This document shows, piece by piece, positions 55,355 to 64,000 of a stretch of DNA of 64,000 nucleotides. Below the pieces are notes generated by a model. It worked only from the letters and a program-made list of their open reading frames with translations, was not told where the DNA came from and did not search any database. The DNA is taken from positions 10,540,001 to 10,604,000 of the forward strand of contig OZ059897.1 of the NCBI GenBank assembly GCA_964057225.1, written 5' to 3'. Made by a program: the position numbers and the translations under genes. The DNA is from Auanema rhodensis. Its lineage: Eukaryota > Animalia > Nematoda. Each line of letters begins with the position of its first letter. Positions within the stretch are counted from its first letter, which is position 1.

Positions 55355-55426
55355 GCCCAAGTAGTATAGTGGTTAGTACTCCACGTTGTGGCCGTGGCGA
55401 CACAGGTTCGATTCCTGTCTTGGGCA
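55355..55426 (+). tRNA. tRNA-His(GTG), canonical copy abutting the right TSD of the MULE
   Basis: Identical to 894-965; its G(-1) is the last base of the TSD. Confidence 0.93.
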
Positions 55427-56682
55427 TTTTTTGTTTTGAAATTTAAATGCTATAAAATTATTGCTTGCTTGTCATGTTAGATTTGTTTAATTCAAATACT
55501 TATTTAAGTTCTATCAATTTTCGATTTAATCACGTTCAATCAACTGTATTGTTTTCAAAAATAAAGACAAAATTCAATTTCTGTTCATTGAATTAGAATT
55601 ATCATGTTGTCACACAGAAATTGAAGAATCTTAGTTCATTTCAGTAACAATGAACACACTAACTTTGTTAAGTTGTTGTAATATCGGCCCAAGTAATATA
55701 GTGGTTAGTACTCCACGTTGTGGCCGTGGCGACACAGATTCGATTCCTGTTTTGGGCATTTTTTGTTTTGAAATTTAAATGCTATAAAATTATTGCTTGC
55801 TTGTCATGTTAGATTTCTTTAATTTGAATACTTATTCAAGTTATAACAATTTACGATTTAATCACGTTCAATTAACTGTATTGTTTTCAAAAATAAAGAC
55901 AAAATTCAATTTCTGTTCATTGAATTAGAATTATCATGTTGTCACACAGAAATTGAAGAATCTTAGTTCATTTCAGTAACAATGAACACACTAACTTTGT
56001 TAAGTTGTTGTAATATCGGCCCAAGTAATATAGTGGTTAGTACTCCACGTTGTGGCCGTGGCGACACAGATTCGATTCCTGTTTTGGGCATTTTTTGTTT
56101 TGAAATTTAAATGCTATAAAATTATTGCTTGCTTGTCATGTTAGATTTCTTTAATTTGAATACTTATTCAAGTTATAACAATTTTCGATTTAATCACGTT
56201 CAATCAACTGTATTGTTTTCAAAAATAAAGACAAAATTCAATTTCTGTTCATTGAATTAGAATTTTCATGTTGTCACACAGAAATTGAAGAATCTTAGTT
56301 CAATTCAGTAACAATGAACACACTAACTTTGTTAAGTTGTTGTAATATCGGCCCAAGTAATATAGTGGTTAGTACTCCACGTTGTGGCCGTGGCGACACA
56401 GATTCGATTCCTGTCTTGGGCATTTTTTGTTTTGAAATTAAAATGCTACAAAATTATTGCTTGCTTGTCATGTTAGATTTCTTTAATTTGAATACTTATT
56501 TAAGTTATAACAATTTTCGATTTAATCACGTTCAATCAACTGTATTGTTTTCAAAAATAAAGACAAAATTCAATTTCTGTTCATTGAATTAGAATTTTCA
56601 TGTTGTCACACAGAAATTGAAGAATCTTAGTTCAATTCAGTAACAATGAACACACTAACTTTGTTAAGTTGTTGTAATATTG

Positions 56683-56754
56683 GCCCAAGTAGTATAGTGG
56701 TTAGTACTCCACGTTGTGGCCGTGGCGACACAGGTTCGATTCCTGTCTTGGGCA
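56683..56754 (+). tRNA. tRNA-His(GTG), canonical copy
   Basis: Identical to 894-965. Confidence 0.93.
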
Positions 56755-58342
56755 TTTTTTGTTTTGAAATTAAAATGCTATAAACATATTGCTTGCTTGT
56801 CATGTTAGATTTCTTTAATTCAAATACATATTTAAGTTCTAACAATTTTTGATTTAATCACGTTCAATTAACTGTATTGTTTTCAAAAATAAAGACATCT
56901 TTCAATTTCTGGTCATTGAATTAGAATTTTCATGTTGTCACACAGAAATTGAAGAATCTTAGTTTAATTCAGTAACAATGAACACACTAACTTTGTTAAG
57001 TTGTTGTAATATCGGCCCAAGTAATATAGTGGTTAGTACTCCACGTTGTGGCCGTGGCGACACAGATTCGATTCCTGTCTTGGACATTTTTTGTTTTGAA
57101 ATTAAAATGCTACAAAATTATTGCTTGCTTGTCATGTTAGATTTCTTTAATTTGAATACTTATTTAAGTTATAACAATTTTCGACTTAATCACGTTCAAT
57201 CAACTGTATTGTTTTCAAAAATGAAGACAAAATTCAATTTCTGTTCATTGAATTAGAATTTTCATGTTGTCACACAGAAATTGAAGAATCTTAGTTCAAT
57301 TCAGTAACAATGAACACACTAACTTTGTTAAGTTGTTTTAATATCGGCTCAAGTAATATAGTGGTTAGTACTCCACGTTGTGGCCGCGGTGACACAGATT
57401 CGATTCCTGTTTTGGGCATTTTTTGTTTTGAAATTTAAATGCTATAAAATTATTGCTTGCTTGTCATGTTAGATTTCTTTAATTTGAATACTTATTCAAG
57501 TTATAACAATTTTCGATTTAATCACGTTCAATCAACTGTATTGTTTTCAAAAATAAAGAAAAAATTCAATTTCTGTTCATTGAATTAGAATTTTCATGTT
57601 GTCACACAGAAATTGAAGAATCTTAGTTCAATTCAGTAACAATGAACACACTAACTTTGTTAAGTTGTTGTAATATCGGCCCAAGTAATATAGTGGTTAG
57701 TACTCTACGTTGTGGCCGTGGCGACACAGATTCGATTCCTGTCTTGGACATTTTTTGTTTTGAAATTAAAATGCTACAAAATTATTGCTTGCTTGTCATG
57801 TTTGATTTCTTTAATTTGAATACTTATTTAAGTTATAACAATTTTCGATTTAATCACGTTCAATCAACTGTATTGTTTTCAAAAATGAAGACAAAATTCA
57901 ATTTCTGTTCATTGAATTAGAATTTTCATGTTGTCACACAGAAATTGAAGAATCTTAGTTTAATTCAGTAACAATGAACACACTAACTTTGTTAAGTTGT
58001 TGTAATATCGGCCCAAGTAATATAGTGGTTAGTACTCCACGTTGTGGCCCTGGCGACACAGATTCGATTCCTGTCTTGGATATTTTTTGTTTTGAAATTT
58101 AAATGCTATAAAATTATTGCTTGCTTGTCATGTTAGATTTCTTTAATTTGAATACTTATTTAAGTTATAACAATTTTCGATTTAATCACGTTCAATCAAC
58201 TGTATTGTTTTCAAAAATGAAGACAAAATTCAATTTCTGTTCATTGAATTAGAATTATCATGTTGTCACACAGAAATTGAAGAATCTTAGTTCATTTCAG
58301 TAACAATGAACACAATAACTTTGTTTAGTTGTTGTAATATCG

Positions 58343-58414
58343 GCCCAAGTAGTATAGTGGTTAGTACTCCACGTTGTGGCCGTGGCGACACAGGTTCGAT
58401 TCCTGTCTTGGGCA
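58343..58414 (+). tRNA. tRNA-His(GTG), canonical copy
   Basis: Identical to 894-965. Confidence 0.93.
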
Positions 58415-60334
58415 TTTTTTGTTTTGAAATTTAAATGCTATAAAATTATTGCTTGCTTGTCATGTTAGATTTCTTTAATTTGAATACTTATTCAAGTTAT
58501 AACAATTTACGATTTAATCACGTTCAATTAACTGTATTGTTTTCAAAAATAAAGACAAAATTCAATTTCTGTTCATTGAATTAGAATTATCATGTTGTCA
58601 CACAGAAATTGAAGAATCTTAGTTCATTTCAGTAACAATGAACACACTAACTTTGTTAAGTTGTTGTAATATCGGCCCAAGTAATATAGTGGTTAGTACT
58701 CCACGTTGTGGCCGTGGCGACACAGATTCGATTCCTGTTTTGGGCATTTTTTGTTTTGAAATTTAAATGCTATAAAATTATTGCTTGCTTGTCATGTTAG
58801 ATTTCTTTAATTTGAATACTTATTCAAGTTATAACAATTTTCGATTTAATCACGTTCAATCAACTGTATTGTTTTCAAAAATAAAGACAAAATTCAATTT
58901 CTGTTCATTGAATTAGAATTTTCATGTTGTCACACAGAAATTGAAGAATCTTAGTTCAATTCAGTAACAATAAACACACTAACTTTGTTAAGTTGTTGTA
59001 ATATCGGCCCAAGTAATATAGTGGTTAGTACTCCACGTTGTGGCCGTGGCGACACAGATTCGATTCCTGTCTTGGACATTTTTTGTTTTGAAATTAAAAT
59101 GCTACAAAATTATTGCTTGCTTGTCATGTTAGATTTCTTTAATTTGAATACTTATTTAAGTTATAACAATTTTCGATTTAATCACGTTCAATCAACTGTA
59201 TTGTTTTCAAAAATAAAGACAAAATTCAATTTCTGTTCATTGAATTAGAATTTTCATGTTGTCACACAGAAATTGAAGAATCTTAGTTCAATTCAGTAAC
59301 AATGAACACACTAACTTTGTTAAGTTGTTGTAATATTGGCCCAAGTAGTATAGTGGTTAGTACTCCACGTTGTGGCCGCGGTGACACAGATTCGATTCCT
59401 GTTTTGGGCATTTTTTGTTTTGAAATTAAAATGCTATAAAATTATTGCTTGCTTGTCTTGTTAGATTTCTTTAATTTGAATACTTATTCAAGTTATAACA
59501 ATTTTCGATTTAATCACGTTCAATCAACTGTATTGTTTTCAAAAATAAAGACAAAATTCAATTTCTGTTCATTGAATTAGAATTTTCATGTTGTCACACA
59601 GAAATTGAAGAATCTTAGTTCAATTCAGTAACAATAAACACACTAACTTTGTTAAGTTGTTGTAATATCGGCCCAAGTAATATAGTGGTTAGTACTCCAC
59701 GTTGTGGCCGTGGCGACACAGATTCGATTCCTGTCTTGGACATTTTTTGTTTTGAAATTAAAATGCTACAAAATTATTGCTTGCTTGTCATGTAAGATTT
59801 CTTTAATATGAATACTTATTTAAGTTTTAACAATTTTCGATTTAATCACGTTCAATCAACTGTATTGTTTTCAAAAATAAAGACAAAATTCAATTTCTGT
59901 TCATTGAATTAGAATTTTCATGTTGTCACACAGAAATTGAAGAATCTTAGTTCAATTCAGTAACAATGAACACACTAACTTTGTTAAGTTGTTGTAATAT
60001 CGGCCCAAGTAATATAGTGGTTAGTACTCCACGTTGTGGCCCTGGCGACACAGATTCGATTCCTGTCTTGGATATTTTTTGTTTTGAAATTTAAATGCTA
60101 TAAAATTATTGCTTGCTTGTCATGTTAGATTTCTTTAATTTGAATACTTATTTAAGTTATAACAATTTTCGATTTAATCACGTTCAATCAACTGTATTGT
60201 TTTCAAAAATGAAGACAAAATTCAATTTCTGTTCATTGAATTAGAATTATCATGTTGTCACACAGAAATTGAAGAATCTTAGTTCATTTCAGTAACAATG
60301 AACACAATAACTTTGTTTAGTTGTTGTAATATCG

Positions 60335-60406
60335 GCCCAAGTAGTATAGTGGTTAGTACTCCACGTTGTGGCCGTGGCGACACAGGTTCGATTCCTGTCT
60401 TGGGCA
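60335..60406 (+). tRNA. tRNA-His(GTG), canonical copy (empty-site paralog of 55355)
   Basis: Identical to 894-965; flanks carry the same diagnostic variants as the transposon-interrupted unit. Confidence 0.93.
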
Positions 60407-62990
60407 TTTTTTGTTTTGAAATTTAAATGCTATAAAATTATTGCTTGCTTGTCATGTTAGATTTGTTTAATTCAAATACTTATTTAAGTTCTATCAATTT
60501 TCGATTTAATCACGTTCAATCAACTGTATTGTTTTCAAAAATAAAGACAAAATTCAATTTCTGTTCATTGAATTAGAATTATCATGTTGTCACACAGAAA
60601 TTGAAGAATCTTAGTTCATTTCAGTAACAATGAACACACTAACTTTGTTAAGTTGTTGTAATATCGGCCCAAGTAATATAGTGGTTAGTACTCCACGTTG
60701 TGGCCGTGGCGACACAGATTCGATTCCTGTTTTGGGCATTTTTTGTTTTGAAATTTAAATGCTATAAACTTATTGCTTGCTTGTCATGTTAGATTTCTTT
60801 AATTTGAATACTTATTCAAGTTATAACAATTTACGATTTAATCACGTTCAATTAACTGTATTGTTTTCAAAAATAAAGACAAAATTCAATTTCTGTTCAT
60901 TGAATTAGAATTATCATGTTGTCACACAGAAATTGAAGAATCTTAGTTCATTTCAGTAACAATGAACACACTAACTTTGTTAAGTTGTTGTAATATCGGC
61001 CCAAGTAATATAGTGGTTAGTACTCCACGTTGTGGCCGTGGCGACACAGATTCGATTCCTGTTTTGGGCATTTTTTGTTTTGAAATTTAAATGCTATAAA
61101 ATTATTGCTTGCTTGTCATGTTAGATTTCTTTAATTTGAATACTTATTCAAGTTATAACAATTTTCGATTTAATCACTTTCAATCAACTGTATTGTTTTC
61201 AAAAATAAAGACAAAATTCAATTTCTGTTCATTGAATTAGAATTTTCATGTTGTCACACAGAAATTGAAGAATCTTAGTTCAATTCAGTAACAATAAACA
61301 CACTAACTTTGTTAAGTTGTTGTAATATCGGCCCAAGTAATATAGTGGTTAGTACTCCACGTTGTGGCCGTGGCGACACAGATTCGATTCCTGTCTTGGA
61401 CATTTTTTGTTTTGAAATTAAAATGCTACAAAATTATTGCTTGCTTGTCATGTAAGATTTCTTTAATATGAATACTTATTTAAGTTATAACAATTTTCGA
61501 TTTAATCACGTTCAATCAACTGTATTGTTTTCAAAAATAAAGACAAAATTCAATTTCTGTTCATTGAATTAGAATTTTCATGTTGTCACACAGAAATTGA
61601 AGAATCTTAGTTCAATTCAGTAACAATGAACACACTAACTTTGTTAAGTTGTTTTAATATCGGCTCAAGTAATATAGTGGTTAGTACTCCACGTTGTGGC
61701 CGTGGTGACACAGATTCGATTCCTGTCTTGGACATTTTTTGTTTTGAAATTTAAATGCTATAAAATTATTGCTTGCTTGTCATGTTAGATTTCTTTAATT
61801 TGAATACTTATTCAAGTTATAACAATTTTCGATTTAATCACGTTCAATCAACTGTATTGTTTTCAAAAATAAAGACAAAATTCAATTTCTGTTCATTGAA
61901 TTAGAATTTTCATGTTGTCACACAGAAATTGAAGAATCTTAGTTCAATTCAGTAACAATGAACACACTAACTTTGTTAAGTTGTTGTAATATCGGCCCAA
62001 GTAATATAGTGGTTAGTACTCTACGTTGTGGCCGTGGCGACACAGATTCGATTCCTGTCTTGGACATTTTTTGTTTTGAAATTAAAATGCTACAAAATTA
62101 TTGCTTGCTTGTCATGTTAGATTTCTTTAATTTGAATACTTATTTAAGTTATAACAATTTTCGATTTAATCACGTTCAATCAACTGTATTGTTTTCAAAA
62201 ATGAAGACAAAATTCAATTTCTGTTCATTGAATTAGAATTTTCATGTTGTCACACAGAAATTGAAGAATCTTAGTTTAATTCAGTAACAATGAACACACT
62301 AACTTTGTTAAGTTGTTGTTATATCGGCCCAAGTAATATAGTGGTTAGTACTCCACGTTGTGGCCGTGGCGACACAGATTCGATTCCTGTCTTGGATATT
62401 TTTTGTTTTGAAATTTAAATGCTATAAAATTATTGCTTGCTTGTCATGTTAGATTTCTTTAATTTGAATACTTATTCAAGTTATAACAATTTACGATTTA
62501 ATCACGTTCAATTAACTGTATTGTTTTCAAAAATAAAGACAAAATTCAATTTCTGTTCATTGAATTAGAATTATCATGTTGTCACACAGAAATTGAAGAA
62601 TCTTAGTTCATTTCAGTAACAATGAACACACTAACTTTGTTAAGTTGTTGTAATATCGGCCCAAGTAATATAGTGGTTAGTACTCCACGTTGTGGCCGTG
62701 GCGACACAGATTCGATTCCTGTCTTGGGCATTTTTTGTTTTGAAATTAAAATGCTACAAAATTATTGCTTGCTTGTCATGTTAGATTTCTTTAATTTGAA
62801 TACTTATTTAAGTTATAACAATTTTCGATTTAATCACGTTCAATCAACTGTATTGTTTTCAAAAATAAAGACAAAATTCAATTTCTGTTCATTGAATTAG
62901 AATTTTCATGTTGTCACACAGAAATTGAAGAATCTTAGTTCAATTCAGTAACAATGAACACACTAACTTTGTTAAGTTGTTGTAATATTG

Positions 62991-63062
62991 GCCCAAGTAG
63001 TATAGTGGTTAGTACTCCACGTTGTGGCCGTGGCGACACAGGTTCGATTCCTGTCTTGGGCA
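62991..63062 (+). tRNA. tRNA-His(GTG), canonical copy
   Basis: Identical to 894-965. Confidence 0.93.
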
Positions 63063-63654
63063 TTTTTTGTTTTGAAATTAAAATGCTATAAAATTATTGC
63101 TTGCTTGTCTTGTTAGATTTCTTTAATTTGAATACTTATTCAAGTTATAACAATTTTCGATTTAATCACGTTCAATCAACTGTATTGTTTTCAAAAATAA
63201 AGACAAAATTCAATTTCTGTTCATTGAATTAGAATTTTCATGTTGTCACACAGAAATTGAAGAATCTTAGTTCAATTCAGTAACAATGAACACACTAACT
63301 TTGTTAAGTTGTTGTAATATCGGCCCAAGTAATATAGTGGTTAGTACTCCACGTTGTGGCCGTGGCGACACAGATTCGATTCCTGTCTTGGGCATTTTTT
63401 GTTTTGAAATTAAAATGCTACAAAATTATTGCTTGCTTGTCATGTTAGATTTCTTTAATTTGAATACTTATTTAAGTTATAACAATTTTCGATTTAATCA
63501 CGTTCAATCAACTGTATTGTTTTCAAAAATAAAGACAAAATTCAATTTCTGTTCATTGAATTAGAATTTTCATGTTGTCACACAGAAATTGAAGAATCTT
63601 AGTTCATTTCAGTAACAATGAACACACTAACTTTGTTAAGTTGTTGTAATATTG

Positions 63655-63726
63655 GCCCAAGTAGTATAGTGGTTAGTACTCCACGTTGTGGCCGTGGCGA
63701 CACAGGTTCGATTCCTGTCTTGGGCA
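63655..63726 (+). tRNA. tRNA-His(GTG), canonical copy
   Basis: Identical to 894-965. Confidence 0.93.
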
Positions 63727-64000
63727 TTTTTTGTTTTGAAATTAAAATGCTATAAAATTATTGCTTGCTTGTCTTGTTAGATTTCTTTAATTTGAATACT
63801 TATTCAAGTTATAACAATTTTCGATTTAATCACGTTCAATCAACTGTATTGTTTTCAAAAATAAAGACAAAATTCAATTTCTGTTCATTGAATTAGAATT
63901 TTCATGTTGTCACACAGAAATTGAAGAATCTTAGTTTAATTCAGTAACAATGAACACACTAACTTTGTTAAGTTGTTGTAATATCGGCCCAAGTAATATA

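Larger units (their letters stand above)
48480..61280 (+). repeat. 15-monomer higher-order duplication (4980 bp); the first copy is interrupted by the MULE; boundaries approximate
   Basis: Variants recur at +8736/8737 across the element (48610/57347, 50271/59007, 51267/60003) and at +4980 after it (55355/60335). Confidence 0.88.
55346..64000 (+). repeat. Tandem array of 332-bp tRNA-His(GTG)-containing monomers, right arm (26 complete cassettes; runs off the window end)
   Basis: The array resumes in register after the transposon: tRNA G1 at 55355, 55687 ... 63655, partial at 63987. Confidence 0.99.

Noticed and set aside
193-63564. Repeated 68-92 aa ORFs (MNTLTLLSCC... on +, MLELKYVF... on -)
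   Set aside because: They read through the tRNA cassette and spacer on both strands and open or close with single SNPs from unit to unit. They show no protein-like features and are artefacts of the repeat.
1-64000. CRISPR-like array interpretation
   Set aside because: The sequence between the GC-rich cores is itself repeated rather than unique, the core folds as a tRNA, and there are no cas genes.

Overview
Eukaryotic, AT-rich window, probably from a nematode-like animal (inferred from the tRNA-His sequence and ~40-50 bp introns). Nearly the whole window is a head-to-tail array of a 332-bp monomer, with 181 complete copies counted by hand plus partial units at both edges. Each monomer holds a 72-nt tRNA-His(GTG) cassette on the + strand, preceded by a genome-encoded G(-1) and followed by a T6 Pol III terminator. 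Only about 31 copies (plus 2 with a benign A9G) are canonical. Most of the rest carry recurrent substitutions (G10A in the A-box, G53A in the B-box, G71A in the acceptor stem) and look like pseudogenes. The monomers form higher-order blocks of 16, 13, 23, 10 and 15 units, with a pseudogene-rich core and flanks richer in intact genes. At 51599-55345 the array is interrupted by a 3747-bp Mutator-like (MULE) DNA transposon. It has ~225-bp TIRs, a 9-bp TSD (GTAATATCG) and an apparently intact ~800-aa DDE transposase split by 14-16 short introns. The element sits immediately 5' of one of the rare intact tRNA genes: the TSD is positions -9..-1 of that tRNA. An empty paralogous site lies 15 monomers downstream. 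The ORF-track entries inside the array are artefacts of the repeat.
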